Assembly: GCA_004554165.1 (NCBI GenBank)
Contig: SFNQ01000008.1
Coordinates: 451-64,450, forward strand
Origin: Clostridiales bacterium
Lineage (GTDB): Bacteria > Bacillota > Clostridia > Christensenellales > CAG-138
Length of the DNA: 64,000 nt
Direction of reading: 5' to 3'
Below, in pieces: positions 54,116-63,138 of this stretch. The notes under the pieces were generated by a model that was not told the origin of the DNA, did no database searches, and saw only the letters and a program-made list of their open reading frames with translations. Position numbers and translations under genes: made by a program. Each line of letters starts with the position of its first letter. The stretch's first letter is position 1.

Positions 54116-54707
54116 CGGAATCCTCTTCCGCTCCTGCTTCCGCCGCCCGCTGCGTTTCCGCCGCGGCCGCTTCCTCCAGGGATGCCTCCGGACCGGCAGC
54201 TGGCGCTTTCTCCAGTCTTTCCTCTCCCCCTGCTTTCCTGCTCTCCAGCACGGAGAAAACCGATCCCTTTTTTGAGAACAGAACGTCGATGACCAGCAGT
54301 GCCGCACCGATGCACACCGCGCTGTCGGCCACGTTGAACACGGGGAAGTTGATCAGCGAAAAATTCAGCATATCCCGCACATAGCCCAGAATCACCCGGT
54401 CGATCAGGTTGCCGGCCGCGCCCGCAATCAGCAGCGACAGGCAGACCCGGGCCAGACGGCCAAGCTCCCTGCGCTTTTTCGCAAGAAGCGCCAGCATGAG
54501 CGAGCAGACGATCACCGTTATGACGATAAAAAACGCTCTGCCGCCGGAAAACATGCCCCAGGCCGCGCCGGTATTGTGTACGTTGGTAAATTCAAACACG
54601 CCCTCCCAGAGCGGATAGGACGCGCCGAGCGGCAAAAAGCGCTCGGTCAGATATTTTGTGAGCTGATCCCCGATCAGGATCAGCACGATCAGACTGGTTT
54701 CCAGCAA
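54105..54707 (-). CDS. lspA: Lipoprotein signal peptidase II with a ~45-aa acidic/Ala-rich C-terminal tail
   Basis: TTG start. IGDQLTKY, NTGAAWG, GAAGNLIDR and FPVFNVADS are LspA motifs. The tail is ...ESRKAGGEERLEKAPAAGPEASLEEAAAAETQRAAEAGAEEDSDAD. Confidence 0.9.
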   Translation of the reverse strand: MLETSLIVLILIGDQLTKYLTERFLPLGASYPLWEGVFEFTNVHNTGAAWGMFSGGRAFFIVITVIVCSLMLALLAKKRRELGRLARVCLSLLIAGAAGNLIDRVILGYVRDMLNFSLINFPVFNVADSAVCIGAALLVIDVLFSKKGSVFSVLESRKAGGEERLEKAPAAGPEASLEEAAAAETQRAAEAGAEEDSDAD

Positions 54708-54762
54708 GGCTTACTTCCTTTCCAAGGCGTTTTTTCTGCAAGTATACCATCGACACACCCAT

Positions 54763-55359
54763 TCAGGCAACCGTATCCGCGCCGAACAGCTCCGGGTAAA
54801 GGGCGATATATTTTTCATACGCCGTGGTCACCTTTTCAAGATAGCGCTCCGTTTCCGGGAAGGGAATTTTGTGCAGCTGGCCCTCCGCCGCGTAAGCCGG
54901 GTCGGCAAGCCAGTTTTCCACGCTTCCGTGCCCGGCGTTGTAGGCGGCGATGATGGCCGTGCGGTTCCCCTCCAGGCGGCGCGTTAAAAAATCCAGATAC
55001 CAGCAGGCAAAACGGATGTTCGTTTCGGGGTCGAACAGCTGCTCCTGCCGATAGCTGTCGTCCAGGCCCAGCTTGTGCGCAATCCATGCGCCGGTGTCCG
55101 GCATGATCTGCATCAGGCCGATCGCTCCCTTTTTGCTGACGGCGTCCGGATCGTTGCTGCTCTCGCAGCGCATGATGGCCGTAACCAGATAGGGATCCAG
55201 CGCATACTCCGCGGCATACCTTGCGATCAGCTCCGTATAGGCGATATGGTAGTTTTCAAGATCCCGCTCATGCGCCAGCCGTTCGCTGACGAAATAGCCG
55301 CCCATGGCAAGCGCGGCCAGCAGAATCAGGCAAGCGAGAATAATGTTTGCTGTCTTCAT
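54763..55359 (-). CDS. Membrane-anchored lytic transglycosylase (SLT domain)
   Basis: 198 aa with an N-terminal TM helix. AIMRCESSNDPDAVSKKGAIGLMQIMP contains the catalytic ES and GLMQ motifs. AAYNAGHG is also present. Confidence 0.85.
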   Translation of the reverse strand: MKTANIILACLILLAALAMGGYFVSERLAHERDLENYHIAYTELIARYAAEYALDPYLVTAIMRCESSNDPDAVSKKGAIGLMQIMPDTGAWIAHKLGLDDSYRQEQLFDPETNIRFACWYLDFLTRRLEGNRTAIIAAYNAGHGSVENWLADPAYAAEGQLHKIPFPETERYLEKVTTAYEKYIALYPELFGADTVA

Positions 55360-55988
55360 AAAGCCGTATTCTCCCGCAGGGCAGCATAAACGCGATCCAC
55401 CTGCGCATAGAGCGCGTCAAGACCGCCGCTGTTGTCGATGACGTAATCCGCCCGCGCCATCTGCTCCCGCTGGCTGATCTGGGACCGGATGCGCGCGCGC
55501 GCCGCTTCCTCGCTCATTCCGCTGCGGCGGCAGATCCGCGCAATGCGCAGCGCATCCTCCGCCACGACGACGACGTTTGCGTCCATCCGCCGGTCCGCGC
55601 CACACTCGAAGAGCAGAGGAACATCGAACACCACAAGCCCGTTTTCCTCCCGGCGCAGAATCCTTTCGCAGGCGGCGAACATGGTGTTCAGCACATAGGG
55701 ATGCACGATGGCGTTGAACCTTTGGCGCGCCGCTTCATCGGAAAAGATGCGCGCAGCCACCGCCGGGCGGTCGATCTCTCCATCCTCTTTTACGATTTCC
55801 GGCCCGAACAGCGCAAGGGCCTCTCCATAGCAGGCCCCATCCCGCGCCAGCGCGGCGCGGGAAATGGCGTCCGCATCGATCACATGCGCACCCAGCGCCG
55901 CAAGGCGGGCCGCAACGGTGGATTTTCCGGCGCCGATGCCGCCCGTCAGCCCGATCTTTCCGCCCTTTTCCCCGCTACTTTGTCTCAT
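55356..55988 (-). CDS. coaE: Dephospho-CoA kinase
   Basis: Start at ATG 55988 (MRQSSGEKGGKIGLTGGIGAGKST), embedded in the last codons of polA. P-loop GLTGGIGAGKST. ATGA overlap with the SLT gene. Confidence 0.85.
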   Translation of the reverse strand: MRQSSGEKGGKIGLTGGIGAGKSTVAARLAALGAHVIDADAISRAALARDGACYGEALALFGPEIVKEDGEIDRPAVAARIFSDEAARQRFNAIVHPYVLNTMFAACERILRREENGLVVFDVPLLFECGADRRMDANVVVVAEDALRIARICRRSGMSEEAARARIRSQISQREQMARADYVIDNSGGLDALYAQVDRVYAALRENTAL

Positions 55989-58560
55989 ACCAGCTGCGGC
56001 CCGTTCTGACCTGCGCAACCAGCGGCACGGAAAGCGGACAGACCCCCTCCATGCACCGGCGCACCAGCGCCGTTACGCGCTCCGCCTCCTCCTCTGCGGT
56101 ATCCAGAATCAGCTCGTCGTGTACCTGAAGAATCAGCCGGGTTTGCAGGCCCTCCTCCTCAATACTGCGGCAGACGGAGACCATCGCCAGCTTGATAATA
56201 TCCGCCGCGCTGCCCTGAATGGGCATATTCATGGCAACCCGCTCGCCGAAGGACCGCGTGTTGTAGTTGCCGCTTTGCAGCTCCGGCAGCGCACGGCGCC
56301 GACCGAACATGGTCACCGCATAGCCCCGCTCCTTCCCAAGGGCCACGCACTCCTTCATAAAGGCTTCAACTTTGGGGTAGCGTTCCAGATACCGGCGGAT
56401 GTATTCCCCCGCCTGCCTGACGGGAATGCCCAGATTTGAGGACAGGCCAAAATCGCTGATGCCGTAGATGATGCCGAAATTTACCGCCTTTGCGGCGCTC
56501 CGCATTTCGTCGCTCACCTGCGCAGGCGGAACGCCGAACACCTCGCCCGCGGTTCTGCGATGGATGTCGTCCCCGCTTTGGAAGGCTGCGATCAGCCCCT
56601 CGTCCCCGCTCAGGTGCGCCAGAATCCGCAGTTCAATCTGCGAATAGTCCGCGCCGACCAGCACGCGGCCCGGGCTTGCCACAAAGGCCTTGCGAATCTC
56701 CCGGCCCAGCGGCGTGCGGACGGGGATGTTTTGCAGGTTGGGGTCTGCGCTGGAAATGCGCCCCGTGGCGGTCTGGCACTGGTTGAAGCGGGAGCGCACG
56801 CGGCCGTCCCCGGCGCTTCTCACATTCAGCAGGCCGTCCACAAAGGTGCTCTTGAGCTTGGTCAGGAAACGGTATTCCAGCACGGGCGCGATGATCTCAT
56901 GCTGTCCCTTCAGGCGCTCCAGCGTGTCCGCGTCCGTCGAGTAGCCGGATTTGGTCTTTTTCTGGGCGGGCAGGCGGAGCTTTTCAAACAGCACCGCGCC
57001 CAGCTGTTTGGGCGAAAGGATATTGAAGGTCTCGCCCGCCAGCGCGTAGATCTGCTCCTGCAGGGTCTGAATGCGCCCGTCAAACTGCTTTTGCAGCGCG
57101 AGAAGAACCTGCTCGTCCACGGGGAAGCCCAGCCGCTCCATGTCCAGCAGCACCTTGCACAGCGGCAGCTCCATATCCTCGTACAGCGCCTGCATCCCTT
57201 CTGCCCGGAGGGCTGCAAGCTGCTGCTTTTGCAGCGCGAACAGATGCCCCGCCGCAGCCCCGCCGGCATACTGGGCCTGCTCGCAAAGCTGCCCAAAGCT
57301 GCCCGCGGGCCGGATGGCGTTCAGAAGATAATCCGCAATCATGGCATCGTGCGCAACGCCCGCAAGGAGAATCCCGTGGCCGTCCAGCAGATGCGCCAGC
57401 GCCTTTGCGTCGAATACCAGCTTTGCTACCTTTTCATCCTCCAGCAGAGGCTTTAACGCCAGAAAGACCGTTCGCGGCGCCAGTCCAGCGTCAAACAGGG
57501 TTTCCCCTGCGGCGATGCGGTAGGTGCGGGCCGAATCGAAGGCAAAGCTCAGGCCTGCGGAAGTCTCGATGGCAAGGCAATCCGGCCGCCCGGCCGCCGC
57601 CAGGGCTTCCGCAAGCGCCGCCTCGGTTTCAATCACCGCGATATCGAATGCAGGCGCAGCGGTCTCATCCGGCCGGTCCGCCGTCTCCCCTTCCGGAAGC
57701 CGGGAAACGATGCTGCGAAGCTCCAGCGACTGCAAGCGCCGCGCGGCCCGCGCCATATGGCCGGGCAGGAAGGGGCAGTCCTCAGGCCGGCGGTCGATGG
57801 GCGCGTCCGTATGGATGGTTCCGAGCCAGTAGCTCAGGCGCGCGGATTCCGTATTGTCGCGCACCCGCTCTCCCAGCTTTCCCCTGATTTCGCCGGCATG
57901 GGCCAGAACCGCTTCCAGTGTGCCATATTCTCCGAGCAGCTTCAGCGCGGTTTTTTCGCCGACGCCGGGGATGCCGGGAATGTTGTCCGAGCTGTCGCCC
58001 ATGAGCCCCTTGAGATCGCGCATCCGCTCCGGAGTGAGGCCGTATGCCGCATACAGCGTCTCCGGCGTATACGCAAGGGTTTCGCTGATGCCCTTCTTTG
58101 TCAGCAGCACCTGCGTACTGTCCGAAACCAGTTGCAGGGCGTCCCGGTCGCCGGTGACCAGCAGCGCGTCGATCCCCCCGGCGGCGCAGCGCGCGGCCAT
58201 GGTGCCGAGAATATCGTCCGCCTCATAGCCGGGGCACTCGCACACCGCAATGTCCATATCGCGCAGCAGCTCCTTGAGCAGGGGAAACTGCGTCCGCAGC
58301 TCCTCCGGGGTTTCTCTTCGCCCCGCTTTGTATTCCGCAAACCTTTCATGGCGAAAGGTTTTTCCGTGCACGTCGAAGGCCACGAGCAGGTAATCCGGCT
58401 CCCGCTGGACAAGCGGCAACAGCATGCTGAAAAAACCGTGCAGCGCGCCCGTGGGGGTGCCGTCCCGCGCGGTCATGTTGGGCAGGGCATAGTAGGCCCT
58501 GTGCAGCAGGCTGTTGCCGTCGATGGCGATCAGCGTTTTCCTTGCGCGTTTTTCCTCCAT
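55975..58560 (-). CDS. polA: DNA polymerase I
   Basis: 861 aa with a 5'-3' exonuclease N-terminus (LIAIDGNSLLHRAYYA). Polymerase motifs A (VGADYSQIELRILAH), B (RSAAKAVNFGIIYG) and C (LQVHDELIL). Confidence 0.95.
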   Translation of the reverse strand: MEEKRARKTLIAIDGNSLLHRAYYALPNMTARDGTPTGALHGFFSMLLPLVQREPDYLLVAFDVHGKTFRHERFAEYKAGRRETPEELRTQFPLLKELLRDMDIAVCECPGYEADDILGTMAARCAAGGIDALLVTGDRDALQLVSDSTQVLLTKKGISETLAYTPETLYAAYGLTPERMRDLKGLMGDSSDNIPGIPGVGEKTALKLLGEYGTLEAVLAHAGEIRGKLGERVRDNTESARLSYWLGTIHTDAPIDRRPEDCPFLPGHMARAARRLQSLELRSIVSRLPEGETADRPDETAAPAFDIAVIETEAALAEALAAAGRPDCLAIETSAGLSFAFDSARTYRIAAGETLFDAGLAPRTVFLALKPLLEDEKVAKLVFDAKALAHLLDGHGILLAGVAHDAMIADYLLNAIRPAGSFGQLCEQAQYAGGAAAGHLFALQKQQLAALRAEGMQALYEDMELPLCKVLLDMERLGFPVDEQVLLALQKQFDGRIQTLQEQIYALAGETFNILSPKQLGAVLFEKLRLPAQKKTKSGYSTDADTLERLKGQHEIIAPVLEYRFLTKLKSTFVDGLLNVRSAGDGRVRSRFNQCQTATGRISSADPNLQNIPVRTPLGREIRKAFVASPGRVLVGADYSQIELRILAHLSGDEGLIAAFQSGDDIHRRTAGEVFGVPPAQVSDEMRSAAKAVNFGIIYGISDFGLSSNLGIPVRQAGEYIRRYLERYPKVEAFMKECVALGKERGYAVTMFGRRRALPELQSGNYNTRSFGERVAMNMPIQGSAADIIKLAMVSVCRSIEEEGLQTRLILQVHDELILDTAEEEAERVTALVRRCMEGVCPLSVPLVAQVRTGRSWYETK

Positions 58561-58562
58561 GG

Positions 58563-59879
58563 TCAGCGCACCACGCCGTAGACCATGGGCTGCGGCTCCG
58601 GCCGGGCGCCGGAAATCTCAATGGCGGAGCGCAGGCAGTCCGTCGCCTCCTCCAGCCGCTTTTCATCGTTTACATAGAGCGTGCAGAGCGCTTCGTCCCG
58701 CTTTACGGCGTCGCCAAAGCGCCTGTGCATCACAAGGCCCACCGCATGGTCGATGACATCATCCTTCGTCGCCCGCCCTGCGCCCAGCATCTGCGCGGCG
58801 GTTCCGATCTTCTCCGCGTTCATGCCGGAAATATAGCCATCCCGCTCTGGATAAACCGGAATCTTCCGCCGCACGGCGCAGAGCTCATCGATCCGCGCAA
58901 GGTCGATATAGGCTGCATCGCCGCCCTCCGCCGCAACCATCCTCCGCAGGCGCTCCAGCCCGCGGCCGCTGCGCAGCGCATCCAGCAGCTTCGCCCTGGC
59001 CTCGGCCTCGTCCCCGGCAAGGCCCGACAGCAGCAGCATGTGCGTGCCAAGCAGCATGCAGACCTCAAACAGCGGGTCGCCCTCCGGAATCTTCCCCGAG
59101 AGCAGCTCCACCGCCTCCCGCACCTCCAGCGCGTTTCCTACGGCGAGGCCCAGCGGCTGGTTCATATCCGTAATCACGGCGACCACGCGGCGATCCAGCA
59201 GCGCGCCGATATCCACCATCAGCCGGGCAAGCTGCCGGGCCTCCGGCACCGTACGCATAAACGCGCCGGAGCCCACCTTCACGTCCAGCACGATGGCGTC
59301 CGCGCCGGCTGCCAGCTTTTTGCTCATGATACTGCCGGCGATCAGCGGAATGCTGCGCACGGTTCCCGTCACATCCCGCAGGGCGTACATCTTCTTATCC
59401 GCCGGAACCAGATTCCCGCTCTGGCCGATGACTGCAACGCCGATATCGGAAACGATCTCAAAGAACCGTTCCATGCTCTGTTCGATGCGGAGACCGGGAA
59501 TGGATTCCAGCTTGTCCAGCGTACCGCCGGTATGCCCCAGCCCTCTGCCCGACATTTTGGCCACCGTTCCGCCGCAGGCGGCCACCAGCGGCGCCACCAC
59601 CAGCGTCGTGGTATCGCCTACGCCGCCCGTGGAATGCTTATCCACCTTGACGCCGGGCAGCGCGGACAGATCGATCTGATCCCCGGATCGCATCATGGCC
59701 AGGGTAAGATCGGCGGACTCGCGCTGGTCCATGCCGGCAAATACCACGGCCATCAGGAAGGCCGACATCTGATAGTCCGGAATCCGGCCCGCCACATAGC
59801 CTCTGACAATCGCCTCGATCTCCTCGCGGGACAGGGCCTGCCGCTCCGCCTTCTTTTCAATCAAGTCCACCATGCGCAT
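58563..59879 (-). CDS. pdp: Pyrimidine-nucleoside (thymidine) phosphorylase
   Basis: 438 aa. VDKHSTGGVGDTTTL and SGRGLGHTGGTLDKLE are signature motifs. Confidence 0.9.
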   Translation of the reverse strand: MRMVDLIEKKAERQALSREEIEAIVRGYVAGRIPDYQMSAFLMAVVFAGMDQRESADLTLAMMRSGDQIDLSALPGVKVDKHSTGGVGDTTTLVVAPLVAACGGTVAKMSGRGLGHTGGTLDKLESIPGLRIEQSMERFFEIVSDIGVAVIGQSGNLVPADKKMYALRDVTGTVRSIPLIAGSIMSKKLAAGADAIVLDVKVGSGAFMRTVPEARQLARLMVDIGALLDRRVVAVITDMNQPLGLAVGNALEVREAVELLSGKIPEGDPLFEVCMLLGTHMLLLSGLAGDEAEARAKLLDALRSGRGLERLRRMVAAEGGDAAYIDLARIDELCAVRRKIPVYPERDGYISGMNAEKIGTAAQMLGAGRATKDDVIDHAVGLVMHRRFGDAVKRDEALCTLYVNDEKRLEEATDCLRSAIEISGARPEPQPMVYGVVR

Positions 59880-59900
59880 ACGTTTCTTCCTCCCGTCGGT

Positions 59901-61040
59901 TTATTTGTGCTGGAGCTTGTTTCCCATCTGCAGCAGACGGAACAGATAGTTGGCGGAATTTCGCAAAAGCATCAGCGCGACCTCCTCCGTCTGGGGCCGG
60001 GGATCCACTCCGTCGAGCACGGCAACCTGCGTGTTGTACTGCTTGCAGCGCCGCTCAATCTCGGCAACGGTATCCCGCGGGTGTACCGTTTCTCCATCGC
60101 CGGTGATGACAAGGCTTGCCTCCTGCACATACTTGTCAAACGCGGCGTAATCCAGATAGCTTGCGATGCCGACCGACCTGTCGAACACCTGCAGCTGCGT
60201 TTTCAACAGGCGAGGGTCCTGCTCCGCGGAGAAGAGCGCCCGCGTCTCCTCCGTCAGCGGCGTTCCAAGGCCGATCACAAAGGAGGTATAGCCGTCCTCC
60301 AGCGCATAGAGCAGAATTTCCTTTGCCCGGAGGGCGTCCTCGCCCTCGATCACAATGGTCCGGCTGGGCAGGATGCCATAATGCGCGCGAAGCGGCTCCC
60401 CCGTCTGCTGCGGAATGCTGCAGGAGGCGTAGCGGCCGCCAAGCGCATGGATCAGCGCGTCGATGGTTCCGGTCGCGCCGCAGGCCACGGGATAGGGTAC
60501 GATCTGCGCATAGGGAAAGTATGCATAGGCAATGCGCATCAGCTCGCGAATCACCTGCTCCGAGGTGAGCTTGCCGCAATAGCTGTCCGGCGCAAGCAGA
60601 AACACCGGCGGCTCCACCACCAGCGGATCCACCGAAGCCCCGCGCCCGACAAAGCGCATCTCCCCATAGGACGCGCCGCCGCCAACGGCAAACCCCGCCT
60701 CGTCCACCGTGCCAAGATACTCATAGCCCTCCATGGCGGAGAGGCGGTTGTTCTGCAAAAAGGGATGGTACAGCGTCAGGTAGGAGCGGATCATGGGGTT
60801 TGCCGACAGGCGCGCGTACAGCAGCTTGCAGCGCCTGAGCGACGCTTTGGAAAGCACGCAGACGTAGGAGGGCTCCAGCTCAAAATCGTTGGCCTCCTGA
60901 TAGACGCCGTACAGCTTCAGTCCCGCAACCTCCCGGGGAGAAAAAAAGTCGAACAGCAGCGACCAGGCCTTTGCCGCGGTCTGCTGCAAGCTTCCGCTTA
61001 AGAGAAACCTTGCGCCCAGTGAAAACCGTTGAAATTCCAT
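59901..61040 (-). CDS. Uncharacterised protein: ~140-aa unknown N-terminal domain fused to a degenerate, shortened glycerate-kinase (GlxK/GarK, PF02595-like) fold
   Basis: 379 aa. LLAPDSYCGKLTSEQV...PVACGATGTIDAL aligns by eye with GarK IAPDSYKESLSA...PVADGGEGTVEA. VIGLGTPLTEETR replaces IGIGGSATNDGG. LVITGDGET matches LVITGEGRID. The start lies 1 nt from the ABC-F stop. Confidence 0.6.
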   Translation of the reverse strand: MEFQRFSLGARFLLSGSLQQTAAKAWSLLFDFFSPREVAGLKLYGVYQEANDFELEPSYVCVLSKASLRRCKLLYARLSANPMIRSYLTLYHPFLQNNRLSAMEGYEYLGTVDEAGFAVGGGASYGEMRFVGRGASVDPLVVEPPVFLLAPDSYCGKLTSEQVIRELMRIAYAYFPYAQIVPYPVACGATGTIDALIHALGGRYASCSIPQQTGEPLRAHYGILPSRTIVIEGEDALRAKEILLYALEDGYTSFVIGLGTPLTEETRALFSAEQDPRLLKTQLQVFDRSVGIASYLDYAAFDKYVQEASLVITGDGETVHPRDTVAEIERRCKQYNTQVAVLDGVDPRPQTEEVALMLLRNSANYLFRLLQMGNKLQHK

Positions 61041-61041
61041 G

Positions 61042-62964
61042 TTACGCTTCCTCCGTCAGGGACGCCAGCTGCCGCTCCGCCCGCTCCCATTGTTCATACA
61101 GTTCGTCCAGCTCTCCCCTTTTCTCTTCCAGCTCCGCCGCCAGCCGGCCGGCCCGTTGATAGTCGCTGGCAATCTGCGGGCTTGCAAGCTCCGTTTCCCG
61201 CCGGGCGATCTCCGCTTCGGCCCCGGCAATCCGCGCCTCCACCCGGGAAAGCTCGCCCCGGGCCCGGTTCAGCGCGCTCCTTCGCTCGCGGGCGGCTGCA
61301 TAGTCGCTCCGGGCGGGCGCGCTGCTTTCCGCCGCGCCGCTCCCTTTTTCCGGCTCCGGTCTCAGAGCGCTGCGGTAATCGTCCCAGTCGCCGGAAAATT
61401 CCTGCACGCCCTGCTCGGACAGCACCAGTATCCGGTCCGCGATCCGGTTGATAAAATACCGGTCGTGGGTTACGACGAGCAGCGTTCCGTCATAGTCGCA
61501 GAGCGCGTCCTCCAGCTGCTCTCTGGACGGAATATCCAGATGATTGGTGGGCTCGTCCAGCAGCAGCAGGTTGTTCTGCCCGAGCATGAGCTTGAGCAGC
61601 TGCACGCGGGCAAGCTCCCCGCCGGACAGCGCGCCGACGGGCTTGAACACGTCATCCCCGCGGAACAGAAAGGCGCCGAGGGCGTTGCGGACCTGCTGCG
61701 GCTCCATGCGCGGGAAGGCGTCCCACACCTCGTCGTACACGCTTTTTTCCCCGCTCAGACCGCGCATGGACTGTTCAAAGTAGCCCGCCTGCACGTTGGC
61801 TCCCAGGCGAAACACGCCCCCGTCCACCGGCTCGCGGCCCAGCAGAATCCTGAGGAGCGTGGTCTTGCCGCAGCCGTTCGCACCCAGCAGGCAGACGTGC
61901 TCCCCCTTCTGGAGGAGAAAGGAAACCTCCGAAAACAGGCGGCGTGCGCCGAAGGATTTTTCGAGCCCCTTTGCCAAAACGACCTCATTGCCCGACGGCT
62001 CCGGCGCGCTGAAGCGAAAGCGAATATGCCCCGGCGGGGCCTCCGGCTTTACAAGCTCCTTTTTGAGCCGGTCGATCTGCTTCTGCTTGGAGGCGATGGT
62101 CACATAGTTGCGGGCCTGATTCCAGCGTCTCTGCTGCTCTATGATGCCCTCAATGCGCCGGATCTCCCGCAGCGTCCGGTGATACCGCCGCTGGGCGGCC
62201 TGATCGGCGTCGAGCTTGAGTTCCTGATGTCTCGTATAGTTGCCGTTGGTCTGCCTGAGCCCTCCATGCTCCATCTCGATGGTACGGTTTGTCACGCGGT
62301 CGAGAAAATAGCGGTCATGGGAAACCACAAGAAACGCACCGCGGAACGTAAGCAGGAACTCCTCCAGCCACTCGATGGCCCGCAGATCCAGATGGTTGGT
62401 GGGCTCGTCCAGTAAAAGAAGGTTCGCGCCGGACAGGAGCAGCCGCGCCAGCAGGGCCTTTCGCGTTTCGCCGCCGCTCAGATGGCGCACCTTCCTGTCA
62501 AGATCTTCCTTTGCAAAGCCAAGGCCCAAAAGCGCGGAACGGGCGCGGCTGCGGTAGGTCATTCCCCCGCCCTGTTCAAAGGCCTCCCGCAGGCGGTACT
62601 GACGCTGCACAAGCCGTTCTGTGTCGCCCTCTCCCGCTTCGAGCTGCGCAGCGATGCTTTCCAGCTCGCGCTCCATGGCCATGAGCTCGTCAAACACGCT
62701 CAGCGTAACATCCAGCAGACTGTCCTCCAGCCGGTCCGGCAAGGCCTGCTCGAGCGCGGCAATCCGACAGTCCCGCGCAATGGAAACCGCGCCCGCGTCC
62801 GCCTCCTGCTGCCGCAGCAGCAGCGAAAGCAGCGTCGTCTTTCCGCAGCCGTTGACGCCGATGAGCCCAATATGATCCTGTTCAAAAACCTCGAACGAAA
62901 TATCCCGAAACAGCTCCCGCGTGCCGAAATACATCGTCAGGTTCTGCACCTGTACCAACGCCAT
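61042..62964 (-). CDS. ABC-F family ATPase (two NBDs, no TMD, C-terminal coiled coil)
   Basis: 640 aa. Two Walker A motifs (GVNGCGKTT, GANGCGKTT), two LSGGE signatures, and an Arg/Glu-rich coiled-coil tail. Confidence 0.9.
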   Translation of the reverse strand: MALVQVQNLTMYFGTRELFRDISFEVFEQDHIGLIGVNGCGKTTLLSLLLRQQEADAGAVSIARDCRIAALEQALPDRLEDSLLDVTLSVFDELMAMERELESIAAQLEAGEGDTERLVQRQYRLREAFEQGGGMTYRSRARSALLGLGFAKEDLDRKVRHLSGGETRKALLARLLLSGANLLLLDEPTNHLDLRAIEWLEEFLLTFRGAFLVVSHDRYFLDRVTNRTIEMEHGGLRQTNGNYTRHQELKLDADQAAQRRYHRTLREIRRIEGIIEQQRRWNQARNYVTIASKQKQIDRLKKELVKPEAPPGHIRFRFSAPEPSGNEVVLAKGLEKSFGARRLFSEVSFLLQKGEHVCLLGANGCGKTTLLRILLGREPVDGGVFRLGANVQAGYFEQSMRGLSGEKSVYDEVWDAFPRMEPQQVRNALGAFLFRGDDVFKPVGALSGGELARVQLLKLMLGQNNLLLLDEPTNHLDIPSREQLEDALCDYDGTLLVVTHDRYFINRIADRILVLSEQGVQEFSGDWDDYRSALRPEPEKGSGAAESSAPARSDYAAARERRSALNRARGELSRVEARIAGAEAEIARRETELASPQIASDYQRAGRLAAELEEKRGELDELYEQWERAERQLASLTEEA

Positions 62965-63138
62965 TGCAATTGCAGTCCCGAAATTCGATTTGTTTTATTC
63001 TAACATAACGGCCCGCACAAAGCAAAACCTCCGGGCGCTTTCCCCTTACAAAAACAAGAAATTCGCAAAATGTTCAAACTCAAGCCGCGAGAGCTCCTGT
63101 ATACTTTATTATAGATTTCAGACATCGAGGTGTTGTGA

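Noticed and set aside
58542-61001. 819-aa ORF on the plus strand spanning pdp and the GlxK-like gene. A similar case is 61039-62415, opposite ABC-F.
   Set aside because: These are shadow ORFs. Their products are Arg/His/Gly-rich with no domains, and the minus strand carries clear pdp and ABC-F motifs.
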